Assembly (NCBI GenBank): GCA_965235115.1
Contig: OZ249436.1
Location: forward strand, 53,260,001-53,324,000
Length of the DNA stretch: 64,000 nt
Reading direction: 5' to 3'
Source: Laetmonice hystrix
Lineage: Eukaryota
The notes under the pieces were generated by a model that saw nothing but the letters and a program-made list of their open reading frames with translations, made no database searches and had not been told where the DNA came from. The translations under genes were made by a program, and so were the position numbers. Position 1 is the stretch's first letter. Each line of letters opens with the position of its first letter. Shown piece after piece: positions 9,201 through 24,200 of the stretch.

Positions 9201-12200
9201 CATACGTTTCGTCTATCATCTACTCCCATCTAATCTGTGTCCCCTACAGACCATCTGTAAGCGTCCGACAACGTTGTCAGGTGAATCTTCCCAATGACTG
9301 TTTGCCGTAAAGGTTTAGTTAACAATGGCAAATGACGTTGTACGCCTTTTCTATATCAGATATCCCACCCCCAAGTAACAAACAAACAAAGGTTACACAG
9401 AGGTGTTACAGGCAGAAAACACCAGGGTGCAGCGGCGCTGACTGCATTGCCGCCTTCCGGCCAGCGGTGGAATCATCACCTGTGGCTCTTAGGCGAGATA
9501 CAGGTTAAAGCAATGATAAGCGCAAAATGGCTACATTTTTGATACGTCAAATTGAAACTACGCCCCCCCCCCTCCAAAGAAAAAATTATGATTCTTAGGC
9601 CAGATGTATAACTGTTAAACGTATAGGTCTCGTACGTTCGCTACAGATATAGGCCTATGGTTGTGATGTGTACACTTCCCATTTCAGTATCTTCTCTAGA
9701 TTTTAACATTAGATGCTCCTCGCCTGTACCTTTAATTTCCAGTACCTCACTGTAGTGTTTGCATGGCTACTATAGGCCAGCCGGTAAGATGTAAGGACTT
9801 CTCACTCTACTCGTTGGCCTCCCACACTGTTTGGCCCCACAGTGTACTGTTTGGCCTCAGTGTACTCTTCGGCCTCACTGTAGTGTTCGCTTGGGTGCTA
9901 GGCCAGCCAGTATACCTTGTAGCAATTCCTCCCTGTATTGTTTGGCCTCCCTGTACCGTTTGCTTGTATACAAGAGTAGCCAGTAGTATAGGGACGCCTC
10001 ATGTTTCATGTTTCCATGCCTTTATTGTCCAGGAGGCAGGCCATACGTTTCGTCTATCATCTACTCCCACCTAATCTGTGTCCCCTACAGACCATCTGTA
10101 AGCGTCCGACAACGTTGTCAGGTGAATCTTCCCAATGACTGTTTGCCGTAAAGGTTTAGTTAACAATGGCAAATGACGTTGTACGCCTTTTCTATATCAG
10201 ATATCCCATCCCCAAGTAACAAACAAACAAAGAAAGGTTACACAGAGGTGTTGCAGGCAGAAAACACCAGGGTGCAGCGGCGCTGACTGCACTGCCGCCT
10301 TCCGGCCAGCGGTGGAATCATCACCTGTGGCTCTTAGGCGAGATACAGGTTAAAGCAATGATCAGCGCATAATGGCTACTTTTTTGATACATCAAATTGA
10401 TGCTACGCCCCCCCCCCAAAAAAAAAATTATGATTCTTAGGCCAGATGTATAACTGTCAAACGTATAGGTCTCGTACGTTCGCTACAGATATATGGTTGT
10501 GATGTGTACACTTCCCATTTCAGTATCTTCTCCAGATTTTAACATTAGATGCTCCTTGCCTGTACCTTTCATTTCCAGTACCTCACTGTAGTGTTTGCAT
10601 GGCTACTATAGGCCAGCCGGTAAGATGTAAGGACTTCTCACTCTACTGGTTGGCCTCCCACACTGTTCGGCCCCACAGTGTACTGTTTGGCCTCAGTGTA
10701 CTCTTTCGCCTCACTGTAGTGTTCGCTTGGGTGCTAGGCCAGCCAGTATACCTTGTAGAAATTCCTCCCTGTATTGTTTGGCCTCCCTGTACCGTTTGCT
10801 TGTATACAAGAGTAGCCAGTAGTATAGGGACGCCTCATGTTTCATGTTTCCATGCCTTTATTGTCCAGGAGGCAGGCCATACGTTTCGTCTATCATCTAC
10901 TCCCACCTAATCTGTGTCCCCTACAGACCATCTGTAAGCGTCCGACAACGTTGTCAGGTGAATCTTCCCAATGACTGTTTGCCGTAAAGGTTTAGTTAAC
11001 AATGGCAAATGACGTTGTACGCCTTTTCTATATCAGATATCCCATCCCCAAGTAACAAACAAACAAAGAAAGGTTACACAGAGGTGTTGCAGGCAGAAAA
11101 CACCAGGGTGCAGCGGCGCTGACTGCACTGCCGCCTTCCGGCCAGCGGTGGAATCATCACCTGTGGCTCTTAGGCGAGATACAGGTTAAAGCAGTGATCA
11201 GCGCATAATGGCTACTTTTTTGATACATCAAATTGATGCTACGCCCCCCCCCAAAAATTATGATTCTTAGGCCAGATGTATAACTGTCAAACGTATAGGT
11301 CTCGTACGTTCGCTACAGATATATGGTTGTGATGTGTACACTTCCCATTTCAGTATCTTCTCCAGATTTTAACATTAGATGCTCCTCGCCTGTACCTTTC
11401 ATTTCCAGTACCTCACTGTAGTGTTTGCATGGCTACTATAGGCAAGCCGGTATGTAGGGACTTCACACTCTACTGGTTGGCCTCCCACACTGCTTGGCCC
11501 CACAGTGTACTGTTTGGCCTCAGTGTACTCTTTGGCCTCACTGTAGTGTTCGCTTGGGTGCTTGGCCAGCCAGTATACCTTGTAGCAATTCCTCCCTGTA
11601 TTGTTTGGCCTCCCTGTACCCTTTGCTTGTATACAAGAGTAGCCAGTAGTATAGGGACGCCTCATGTTTCATGTTTCCATGCCTTTATTGCCAAGGAGGC
11701 AGGCCATACGTTTCGTCTATCATCTACTCCCACCTAATCTGTGTCCCCTACAGACCATCTGTAAGCGTCCGACAACGTTGTCAAGTGAATCTGTTTGCCG
11801 TAAAGGTTTAGTTAACAAGGCCAAATGACGTTGTACGCCCACACTGCTTGGCCCCACAGTGTACTGTTTGGCCTCACTGTACTCTTTGGCCTCACTGTAG
11901 TGTTCGCTTGGGTGCTAGGCCAGCCAGTATACCTTGTAGCAATTCCTCCCTGTATTGTTTGGCCTCCCTGTACCGTTTGCTTCTATACAAGAGTAGCCAG
12001 TAGTATAGGGACGCCTCATGTTTCATGTTTCCATGCCTTTATTGTCCAGGAGGCAGGCCATACGTTTCGTCTATCATCTACTCCCATCTAATCTGTGTCC
12101 CCTACAGACCATCTGTAAGCGTCCGACAACGTTGTCAGGTGAATCTTCCCAATGACTGTTTGCCGTAAAGGTTTAGTTAACAATGGCAAATGACGTTGTA

Positions 12201-15200
12201 CGCCTTTTCTATATCAGATATCCCACCCCCAAGTAACAAACAAACAAAGGTTACACAGAGGTGTTACAGGCAGAAAACACCAGGGTGCAGCGGCGCTGAC
12301 TGCATTGCCGCCTTCCGGCCAGCGGTGGAATCATCACCTGTGGCTCTTAGGCGAGATACAGGTTAAAGCAATGATAAGCGCAAAATGGCTACATTTTTGA
12401 TACGTCAAATTGAAACTACGCCCCCCCCCTCCAAAGAAAAAATTAGGATTCTTAGGCCAGATGTATAACTGTTAAACGTATAGGTCTCGTACGTTCGCTA
12501 CAGATATAGGCCTATGGTTGTGATGTGTACACTTCCCATTTCAGTATCTTCTCTAGATTTTAACATTAGATGCTCCTCGCCTGTACCTTTAATTTCCAGT
12601 ACCTCACTGTAGTGTTTGCATGGCTACTATAGGCCAGCCGGTAAGATGTAAGGACTTCTCACTCTACTCGTTGGCCTCCCACACTGTTTGGCCCCACAGT
12701 GTACTGTTTGGCCTCAGTGTACTCTTCGGCCTCACTGTAGTGTTCGCTTGGGTGCTAGGCCAGCCAGTATACCTTGTAGCAATTCCTCCCTGTATTGTTT
12801 GGCCTCCCTGTACCGTTTGCTTGTATACAAGAGTAGCCAGTAGTATAGGGACGCCTCATGTTTCATGTTTCCATGCCTTTATTGTCCAGGAGGCAGGCCA
12901 TACGTTTCATCTATCATCTACTCCCACCTAATCTGTGTCCCCTACAGACCATCTGTAAGCGTCCGACAACGTTGTCAGGTGAATCTTCCCAATGACTGTT
13001 TGCCGTAAAGGTTTAGTTAACAATGGCAAATGACGTTGTACGCCTTTTCTATATCAGATATCCCATCCCCAAGTAACAAACAAACAAAGAAAGGTTACAC
13101 AGAGGTGTTGCAGGCAGAAAACACCAGGGTGCAGCGGCGCTGACTGCACTGCCGCCTTCCGGCCAGCGGTGGAATCATCACCTGTGGCTCTTAGGCGAGA
13201 TACAGGTTAAAGCAATGATCAGCGCATAATGGCTACTTTTTTGATACATCAAATTGATGCTACGCCCCCCCCCAAAAAAATTATGATTCTTAGCCCAGAT
13301 GTATAACTGTCAAACGTATAGGTCTCGTACGTTCGCTACAGATATATGGTTGTGATGTGTACACTTCCCATTTCAGTATCTTCTCCAGATTTTAACATTA
13401 GATGCTCCTCGCCTGTACCTTTCATTTCCAGTACCTCACTGTAGTGTTTGCATGGCTACTATAGGCCAGCCGGTAAGATGTAAGGACTTCTCACTCTACT
13501 GGTTGGCCTCCCACACTGTTTGGCCCTACAGTGTACTGTTTGGCCTCAGTGTACTCTTTGGCCTCACTGTAGTGTTCGCTTGGGTGCTAGGCCAGCCAGT
13601 ATACCTTGTAGCAATTCCTCCCTGTATTGTTTGGCCTCCCTGTACCGTTTGCTTCTATACAAGAGTAGCCAGTAGTATAGGGACGCCTCCTGTTTCATGT
13701 TTTCATGCCTTTATTGTCCAGGAGGCAGGCCATACGTTTCGTCTATGATCTACTCCCACCTAATCTGTGTCCCCTACAGACCATCTGTAAGCGTCCGACA
13801 ACGTTGTCAGATGAATCTTCCCAATGACTGTTTGCCGTAAAGGTTTAGTTAACAATGGCAAATGATGTTGTACGCCTTTTCTATATCAGATATCCCATCC
13901 CCAAGTAACAAACAAACAAAGAAAGGTTACACAGAGGTGTTGCAGGCAGAAAACACCAGGGTGCAGCGGCGCTGACTGCACTGCCGCCTTCCGGCCAGCG
14001 GTGGAATCATCACCTGTGGCTCTTAGGCGAGATACAGGTTAAAGCAATGATAAGCGCATAATGGCTACTTTTTTGATACATCAAATTGAAGCTACGCCCC
14101 CCCCCCCCAAAAAAAAAATTATGATTCTTAGGCCAGATGTATAACTGTTAAACGTATAGGTCTTGTACGTTCGCTACAGATATATGGTTGTGATGTGTAC
14201 ACTTCCCATTTCAGTATCTTCTCTAGATTTTAACATTAGATGCTCCTCGCCTGTACCTTTAATTTCCAGTACCTCACTGTAGTGTTTGCATGGCTACTAT
14301 AGGCCAGCCGGTAAGATGTAAGGACTTCTCACTCTACTCGTTGGCCTCCCACACTGTTTGGCCCCACAGTGTACTGTTTGGCCTCAGTGTACTCTTCGGC
14401 CTCACTGTAGTGTTCGCTTGGGTGCTAGGCCAGCCAGTATACCTTGTAGCAATTCCTCCCTGTATTGTTTGGCCTCCCTGTACCGTTTGCTTGTATACAA
14501 GAGTAGCCAGTAGTATAGGGACGCCTCATGTTTCATGTTTCCATGCCTTTATTGTCCAGGAGGCAGGCCATACGTTTCGTCTATCATCTACTCCCACCTA
14601 ATCTGTGTCCCCTACAGACCATCTGTAAGCGTCCGACAACGTTGTCAGGTGAATCTTCCCAATGACTGTTTGCCGTAAAGGTTTAGTTAACAATGGCAAA
14701 TGACGTTGTACGCCTTTTCTATATCAGATATCCCATCCCCAAGTCACAAACAAACAAAGAAAGGTTACACAGAGGTGTTGCAGGCAGAAAACACCAGGGT
14801 GCAGCGGCGCTGACTGCACTGCCGCCTTCCAGCCAGCGGTGGAATCATCACCTGTGGCTCTTAGGCGAGATACAGGTTAAAGCAGTGATCAGCGCATAAT
14901 GGCTACTTTTTTGATACATCAAATTGATGCTACGCCCCCCCCCCCCAAAAAATTATGATTCTTAGGCCAGATGTATAACTGTCAAACGTATAGGTCTCGT
15001 ACGTTCGCTACAGATATATGGTTGTGATGTGTACACTTCCCATTTCAGTATCTTCTCCAGATTTTAACATTAGATGCTCCTCGCCTGTACCTTTCATTTC
15101 CAGTACCTCACTGTAGTGTTTGCATGGCTACTATAGGCAAGCCGGTATGTAGGGACTTCACACTCTACTGGTTGGCCTCCCACACTGCTTGGCCCCACAG

Positions 15201-18200
15201 TGTACTGTTTGGCCTCAGTGTACTCTTTGGCCTCACTGTAGTGTTCGCTTGGGTGCTTGGCCAGCCAGTATACCTTGTAGCAATTCCTCCCTGTATTGTT
15301 TGGCCTTCCTGTACCGTTTGCTTCTATACAAGAGTAGCCAGTAGTATAGGGACGCCTCATGTTTCATGTTTCCATGCCTTTATTGCCAAGGAGGCAGGCC
15401 ATACGTTTCGTCTATCATCTACTCCCACCTAATCTGTGTCCCCTACAGACCATCTGTAAGCGTCCGACAACGTTGTCAAGTGAATCTGTTTGCCGTAAAG
15501 GTTTAGTTAACAAGGCCAAATGACGTTGTACGCCCACACTGCTTGGCCCCACAGTGTACTGTTTGGCCTCACTGTACTCTTTGGCCTCACTGTAGTGTTC
15601 GCTTGGGTGCTAGGCCAGCCAGTATACCTTGTAGCAATTCCTCCCTGTATTGTTTGGCCTCCCTGTACCGTTTGCTTCTATACAAGAGTAGCCAGTAGTA
15701 TAGGGACGCCTTATGTTTCATGTTTCCATGCCTTTATTGTCCAGGAGGCAGGCCATACGTTTCGTCTATCATCTACTCCCATCTAATCTGTGTCCCCTAC
15801 AGACCATCTGTAAGCGTCCGACAACGTTGTCAGGTGAATCTTCCCAATGACTGTTTGCCGTAAAGGTTTAGTTAACAATGGCAAATGACGTTGTACGCCT
15901 TTTCTATATCAGATATCCCACCCCCAAGTAACAAACAAACAAAGGTTACACAGAGGTGTTACAGGCAGAAAACACCAGGGTGCAGCGGCGCTGACTGCAT
16001 TGCCGCCTTCCGGCCAGCGGTGGAATCATCACCTGTGGCTCTTAGGCGAGATACAGGTTAAAGCAATGATAAGCGCAAAATGGCTACATTTTTGATACGT
16101 CAAATTGAAACTACGCCCCCCCCCCTCCAAAGAAAAAATTATGATTCTTAGGCCAGATGTATAACTGTTAAACGTATAGGTCTCGTACGTTCGCTACAGA
16201 TATAGGCCTATGGTTGTGATGTGTACACTTCCCATTTCAGTATCTTCTCTAGATTTTAACATTAGATGCTCCTCGCCTGTACCTTTAATTTCCAGTACCT
16301 CACTGTAGTGTTTGCATGGCTACTATAGGCCAGCCGGTAAGATGTAAGGACTTCTCACTCTACTCGTTGGCCTCCCACACTGTTTGGCCCCACAGTGTAC
16401 TGTTTGGCCTCAGTGTACTCTTCGGCCTCACTGTAGTGTTCGCTTGGGTGCTAGGCCAGCCAGTATACCTTGTAGCAATTCCTCCCTGTATTGTTTGGCC
16501 TCCCTGTACCGTTTGCTTGTATACAAGAGTAGCCAGTAGTATAGGGACGCCTCATGTTTCATGTTTCCATGCCTTTATTGTCCAGGAGGCAGGCCATACG
16601 TTTCGTCTATCATCTACTCCCACCTAATCTGTGTCCCCTACAGACCATCTGTAAGCGTCCGACAACGTTGTCAGGTGAATCTTCCCAATGACTGTTTGCC
16701 GTAAAGGTTTAGTTAACAATGGCAAATGACGTTGTACGCCTTTTCTATATCAGATATCCCATCCCCAAGTAACAAACAAACAAAGAAAGGTTACACAGAG
16801 GTGTTGCAGGCAGAAAACACCAGGGTGCAGCGGCGCTGACTGCACTGCCGCCTTCCGGCCAGCGGTGGAATCATCACCTGTGGCTCTTAGGCGAGATACA
16901 GGTTAAAGCAATGATCAGCGCATAATGGCTACTTTTTTGATACATCAAATTGATGCTACGCCCCCCCCCCCAAAAAAAATTATGATTCTTAGGCCAGATG
17001 TATAACTGTCAAACGTATAGGTCTCGTACGTTCGCTACAGATATATGGTTGTGATGTGTACACTTCCCATTTCAGTATCTTCTCCAGATTTTAACATTAG
17101 ATGCTCCTTGCCTGTACCTTTCATTTCCAGTACCTCACTGTAGTGTTTGCATGGCTACTATAGGCCAGCCGGTAAGATGTAAGGACTTCTCACTCTACTG
17201 GTTGGCCTCCCACACTGTTCGGCCCCACAGTGTACTGTTTGGCCTCAGTGTACTCTTTCGCCTCACTGTAGTGTTCGCTTGGGTGCTAGGCCAGCCAGTA
17301 TACCTTGTAGAAATTCCTCCCTGTATTGTTTGGCCTCCCTGTACCGTTTGCTTGTATACAAGAGTAGCCAGTAGTATAGGGACGCCTCATGTTTCATGTT
17401 TCCATGCCTTTATTGTCCAGGAGGCAGGCCATACGTTTCGTCTATCATCTACTCCCACCTAATCTGTGTCCCCTACAGACCATCTGTAAGCGTCCGACAA
17501 CGTTGTCAGGTGAATCTTCCCAATGACTGTTTGCCGTAAAGGTTTAGTTAACAATGGCAAATGACGTTGTACGCCTTTTCTATATCAGATATCCCATCCC
17601 CAAGTAACAAACAAACAAAGAAAGGTTACACAGAGGTGTTGCAGGCAGAAAACACCAGGGTGCAGCGGCGCTGACTGCACTGCCGCCTTCCGGCCAGCGG
17701 TGGAATCATCACCTGTGGCTCTTAGGCGAGATACAGGTTAAAGCAATGATCAGCGCATAATGGCTACTTTTTTGATACATCAAATTGATGCTACGCCCCC
17801 CCCAAAAAAAAATTATGATTCTTAGGCCAGATGTATAACTGTCAAACGTATAGGTCTCGTACGTTCGCTACAGATATATGGTTGTGATGTGTACACTTCC
17901 CATTTCAGTATCTTCTCCAGATTTTAACATTAGATGCTCCTCGCCTGTACCTTTCATTTCCAGTACCTCACTGTAGTGTTTGCATGGCTACTATAGGCAA
18001 GCCGGTATGTAGGGACTTCACACTCTACTGGTTGGCCTCCCACACTGCTTGGCCCCACAGTGTACTGTTTGGCCTCAGTGTACTCTTTGGCCTCACTGTA
18101 GTGTTCGCATGGGTGCTTGGCCAGCCAGTATACCTTGTAGCAATTCCTCCCTGTATTGTTTGGCCTCCCTGTACCGTTTGCTTGTATACAAGAGTAGCCA

Positions 18201-21200
18201 GTAGTATAGGGACGCCTCATGTTTCATGTGTCCATGCCTTTATTGCCAAGGAGGCAGGCCATACGTTTCGTCTATCATCTACTCCCACCTAATCTGTGTC
18301 CCCTACAGACCATCTGTAAGCGTCCGACAACGTTGTCAAGTGAATCTGTTTGCCGTAAAGGTTTAGTTAACAAGGCCAAATGACGTTGTACGCCCACACT
18401 GCTTGGCCCCACAGTGTACTGTTTGGCCTCAGTGTACTCTTTGGCCTCACTGTAGTGTTCGCTTGGGTGCTCGGCCAGCCAGTATACCTTGTAGCAATTC
18501 CTCCCTGTATTGTTTGGCCTCCCTGTACCGTTTGCTTCTATACAAGAGTAGCCAGTAGTATAGGGACGCCTCATGTTTCATGTTTCCATGCCTTTATTGT
18601 CCAGGAGGCAGGCCATACGTTTCGTCTATCATCTACTCCCATCTAATCTGTGTCCCCTACAGACCATCTGTAAGCGTCCGACAACGTTGTCAGGTGAATC
18701 TTCCCAATGACTGTTTGCCGTAAAGGTTTAGTTAACAATGGCAAATGACGTTGTACGCCTTTTCTATATCAGATATCCCACCCCCAAGTAACAAACAAAC
18801 AAAGGTTACACAGAGGTGTTACAGGCAGAAAACACCAGGGTGCAGCGGCGCTGACTGCATTGCCGCCTTCCGGCCAGCGGTGGAATCATCACCTGTGGCT
18901 CTTAGGCGAGATACAGGTTAAAGCAATGATAAGCGCAAAATGGCTACATTTTTGATACGTCAAACTGAAACTACGCCCCCCCCCCTCCAAAGAAAAAATT
19001 ATGATTCTTAGGCCAGATGTATAACTGTTAAACGTATAGGTCTCGTACGTTCGCTACAGATATAGGCCTATGGTTGTGATGTGTACACTTCCCATTTCAG
19101 TATCTTCTCTAGATTTTAACATTAGATGCTCCTCGCCTGTACCTTTAATTTCCAGTACCTCACTGTAGTGTTTGCATGGCTACTATAGGCCAGCCGGTAA
19201 GATGTAAGGACTTCTCACTCTACTCGTTGGCCTCCCACACTGTTTGGCCCCACAGTGTACTGTTTGGCTTCAGTGTACTCTTTGGCCTCACTGTAGTGTT
19301 CTCTTGGGTGCTAGGCCAGCCAGTATACCTTGTAGCAATTCCTCCCTGTATTGTTTGGCCTCCCTGTACCGTTTGCTTGTATACAAGAGTAGCCAGTAGT
19401 ATAGGGACGCCTCATGTTTCATGTTTCCATGCCTTTATTGTCCAGGAGGCAGGCCATACGTTTCGTCTATCATCTACTCCCACCTAATCTGTGTCCCCTA
19501 CAGACCATCTGTAAGCGTCCGACAACGTTGTCAGGTGAATCTTCCCAATGACTGTTTGCCGTAAAGGTTTAGTTAACAATGGCAAATGACGTTGTACGCC
19601 TTTTCTATATCAGATATCCCATCCCCAAGTAACAAACAAACAAAGAAAGGTTACACAGAGGTGTTGCAGGCAGAAAACACCAGGGTGCAGCGGCGCTGAC
19701 TGCACTGCCGCCTTCCGGCCAGCGGTGGAATCATCACCTGTGGCTCTTAGGCGAGATACAGGTTAAAGCAATGACCAGCGCATAATGGCTACTTTTTTGA
19801 TACATCAAATTGATGCTACGCCCCCCCCCCCCAAAAAAAAATTTATGATTCTTAGGCCAGATGTATAACTGTCAAACGTATAGGTCTCGTACGTTCGCTA
19901 CAGATATATGGTTGTGATGTGTACACTTCCCATTTCAGTATCTTCTCCAGATTTTAACATTAGATGCTCCTTGCCTGTACCTTTCATTTCCAGTACCTCA
20001 CTGTAGTGTTTGCATGGCTACTATAGGCCAGCCGGTAAGATGTAAGGACTTCTCACTCTACTCGTTGGCCTCCCACACTGTTTGGCCCCACAGTGTACTG
20101 TTTGGCCTCAGTGTACTCTTCGGCCTCACTGTAGTGTTCGCTTGGGTGCTAGGCCAGCCAGTATACCTTGTAGCAATTCCTCCCTGTATTGTTTGGCCTC
20201 CCTGTACCGTTTGCTTGTATACAAGAGTAGCCAGTAGTATAGGGACGCCTCATGTTTCATGTTTCCATGCCTTTATTGTCCAGGAGGCAGGCCATACGTT
20301 TCGTCTATCATCTACTCCCACCTAATCTGTGTCCCCTACAGACCATCTGTAAGCGTCCGACAACGTTGTCAGGTGAATCTTCCCAATGACTGTTTGCCGT
20401 AAAGGTTTAGTTAACAATGGCAAATGACGTTGTACGCCTTTTCTATATCAGATATCCCATCCCCAAGTCACAAACAAACAAAGAAAGGTTACACAGAGGT
20501 GTTGCAGGCAGAAAACACCAGGGTGCAGCGGCGCTGACTGCACTGCCGCCTTCCGGCCAGCGGTGGAATCATCACCTGTGGCTCTTAGGCGAGATACAGG
20601 TTAAAGCAGTGATCAGCGCATAATGGCTACTTTTTTGATACATCAAATTGATGCTACGCCCCCCCCCCCCCCAAAAAAAAATTATGATTCTTAGGCCAGA
20701 TGTATAACTGTCAAACGTATAGGTCTCGTACGTTCGCTACAGATATATGGTTGTGATGTGTACACTTCCCATTTCAGTATCTTCTCCAGATTTTAACATT
20801 AGATGCTCCTCGCCTGTACCTTTCATTTCCAGTACCTCACTGTAGTGTTTGCATGGCTACTATAGGCAAGCCGGTATGTAGGGACTTCACACTCTACTGG
20901 TTGGCCTCCCACACTGCTTGGCCCCACAGTGTACTGTTTGGCCTCAGTGTACTCTTTGGCCTCACTGTAGTGTTCGCTTGGGTGCTTGGCCAGCCAGTAT
21001 ACCTTGTAGCAATTCCTCCCTGTATTGTTTGGCCTTCCTGTACCGTTTGCTTCTATACAAGAGTAGCCAGTAGTATAGGGACGCCTCATGTTTCATGTTT
21101 CCATGCCTTTATTGCCAAGGAGGCAGGCCATACGTTTCGTCTATCATCTACTCCCACCTAATCTGTGTCCCCTACAGACCATCTGTAAGCGTCCGACAAC

Positions 21201-24200
21201 GTTGTCAAGTGAATCTGTTTGCCGTAAAGGTTTAGTTAACAAGGCCAAATGACGTTGTACGCCCACACTGCTTGGCCCCACAGTGTACTGTTTGGCCTCA
21301 CTGTACTCTTTGGCCTCACTGTAGTGTTCGCTTGGGTGCTAGGCCAGCCAGTATACCTTGTAGCAATTCCTCCCTGTATTGTTTGGCCTCCCTGTACCGT
21401 TTGCTTCTATACAAGAGTAGCCAGTAGTATAGGGACGCCTCATGTTTCATGTTTCCATGCCTTTATTGTCCAGGAGGCAGGCCATACGTTTCGTCTATCA
21501 TCTACTCCCATCTAATCTGTGTCCCCTACAGACCATCTGTAAGCGTCCGACAACGTTGTCAGGTGAATCTTCCCAATGACTGTTTGCCGTAAAGGTTTAG
21601 TTAACAATGGCAAATGACGTTGTACGCCTTTTCTATATCAGATATCCCACCCCCAAGTAACAAACAAACAAAGGTTACACAGAGGTGTTACAGGCAGAAA
21701 ACACCAGGGTGCAGCGGCGCTGACTGCATTGCCGCCTTCCGGCCAGCGGTGGAATCATCACCTGTGGCTCTTAGGCGAGATACAGGTTAAAGCAATGATA
21801 AGCGCAAAATGGCTACATTTTTGATACGTCAAATTGAAACTACGCCCCCCCCCCTCCAAAGAAAAAATTATGATTCTTAGGCCAGATGTATAACTGTTAA
21901 ACGTATAGGTCTCGTACGTTCGCTACAGATATAGGCCTATGGTTGTGATGTGTACACTTCCCATTTCAGTATCTTCTCTAGATTTTAACATTAGATGCTC
22001 CTCGCCTGTACCTTTAATTTCTAGTACCTCACTGTAGTGTTTGCATGGCTACTATAGGCCAGCCGGTAAGATGTAAGGACTTCTCACTCTACTCGTTGGC
22101 CTCCCACACTGTTTGGCCCCACAGTGTACTGTTTGGCCTCAGTGTACTCTTCGGCCTCACTGTAGTGTTCGCTTGGGTGCTAGGCCAGCCAGTATACCTT
22201 GTAGCAATTCCTCCCTGTATTGTTTGGCCTCCCTGTACCGTTTGCTTGTATACAAGAGTAGCCAGTAGTATAGGGACGCCTCATGTTTCATGTTTCCATG
22301 CCTTTATTGTCCAGGAGGCAGGCCATACGTTTCGTCTATCATCTACTCCCACCTAATCTGTGTCCCCTACAGACCATCTGTAAGCGTCCGACAACGTTGT
22401 CAGGTGAATCTTCCCAATGACTGTTTGCCGTAAAGGTTTAGTTAACAATGGCAAATGACGTTGTACGCCTTTTCTATATCAGATATCCCATCCCCAAGTC
22501 ACAAACAAACAAAGAAAGGTTACACAGAGGTGTTGCAGGCAGAAAACACCAGGGTGCAGCGGCGCTGACTGCACTGCCGCCTTCCGGCCAGCGGTGGAAT
22601 CATCACCTGTGGCTCTTAGGCGAGATACAGGTTAAAGCAGTGATCAGCGCATAATGGCTACTTTTTTGATACATCAAATTGATGCTACGCCCCCCCCCCC
22701 CAAAAAAAAAAAAATTATGATTCTTAGGCCAGATGTATAACTGTCAAACGTATAGGTCTCGTACGTTCGCTACAGATATATGGTTGTGATGTGTACACTT
22801 CCCATTTCAGTATCTTCTCCAGATTTTAACATTAGATGCTCCTCGCCTGTACCTTTCATTTCCAGTACCTCACTGTAGTGTTTGCATGGCTACTATAGGC
22901 AAGCCGGTATGTAGGGACTTCACACTCTACTGGTTGGCCTCCCACACTGCTTGGCCCCACAGTGTACTGTTTGGCCTCAGTGTACTCTTTGGCCTCACTG
23001 TAGTGTTCGCTTGGGTGCTTGGCCAGCCAGTATACCTTGTAGCAATTCCTCCCTGTATTGTTTGGCCTTCCTGTACCGTTTGCTTCTATACAAGAGTAGC
23101 CAGTAGTATAGGGACGCCTCATGTTTCATGTTTCCATGCCTTTATTGCCAAGGAGGCAGGCCATACGTTTCGTCTATCATCTACTCCCACCTAATCTGTG
23201 TCCCCTACAGACCATCTGTAAGCGTCCGACAACGTTGTCAAGTGAATCTGTTTGCCGTAAAGGTTTAGTTAACAAGGCCAAATGACGTTGTACGCCCACA
23301 CTGCTTGGCCCCACAGTGTACTGTTTGGCCTCACTGTACTCTTTGGCCTCACTGTAGTGTTCGCTTGGGTGCTAGGCCAGCCAGTATACCTTGTAGCAAT
23401 TCCTCCCTGTATTGTTTGGCCTCCCTGTACCGTTTGCTTCTATACAAGAGTAGCCAGTAGTATAGGGACGCCTCATGTTTCATGTTTCCATGCCTTTATT
23501 GTCCAGGAGGCAGGCCATACGTTTCGTCTATCATCTACTCCCATCTAATCTGTGTCCCCTACAGACCATCTGTAAGCGTCCGACAACGTTGTCAGGTGAA
23601 TCTTCCCAATGACTGTTTGCCGTAAAGGTTTAGTTAACAATGGCAAATGACGTTGTACGCCTTTTCTATATCAGATATCCCACCCCCAAGTAACAAACAA
23701 ACAAAGGTTACACAGAGGTGTTACAGGCAGAAAACACCAGGGTGCAGCGGCGCTGACTGCATTGCCGCCTTCCGGCCAGCGGTGGAATCATCACCTGTGG
23801 CTCTTAGGCGAGATACAGGTTAAAGCAATGATAAGCGCAAAATGGCTACATTTTTGATACGTCAAATTGAAACTACGCCCCCCCCCTCCAAAGAAAAAAT
23901 TATGATTCTTAGGCCAGATGTATAACTGTTAAACGTATAGGTCTCGTACGTTCGCTACAGATATAGGCCTATGGTTGTGATGTGTACACTTCCCATTTCA
24001 GTATCTTCTCTAGATTTTAACATTAGATGCTCCTCGCCTGTACCTTTAATTTCTAGTACCTCACTGTAGTGTTTGCATGGCTACTATAGGCCAGCCGGTA
24101 AGATGTAAGGACTTCTCACTCTACTCGTTGGCCTCCCACACTGTTTGGCCCCACAGTGTACTGTTTGGCCTCAGTGTACTCTTCGGCCTCACTGTAGTGT

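Larger units (their letters stand above)
4877..17983. repeat. Higher-order tandem duplication with a period of about 6.55 kb
   Basis: Private markers recur about 6550 bp apart: CGTTTCATCT (units 6068/12620), CTATGATC and TAGCCCAG (6901/13452), TTCCAGCC with AAGTCAC (8144/14693), CCTTATG (8967/15520). Confidence 0.9.
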
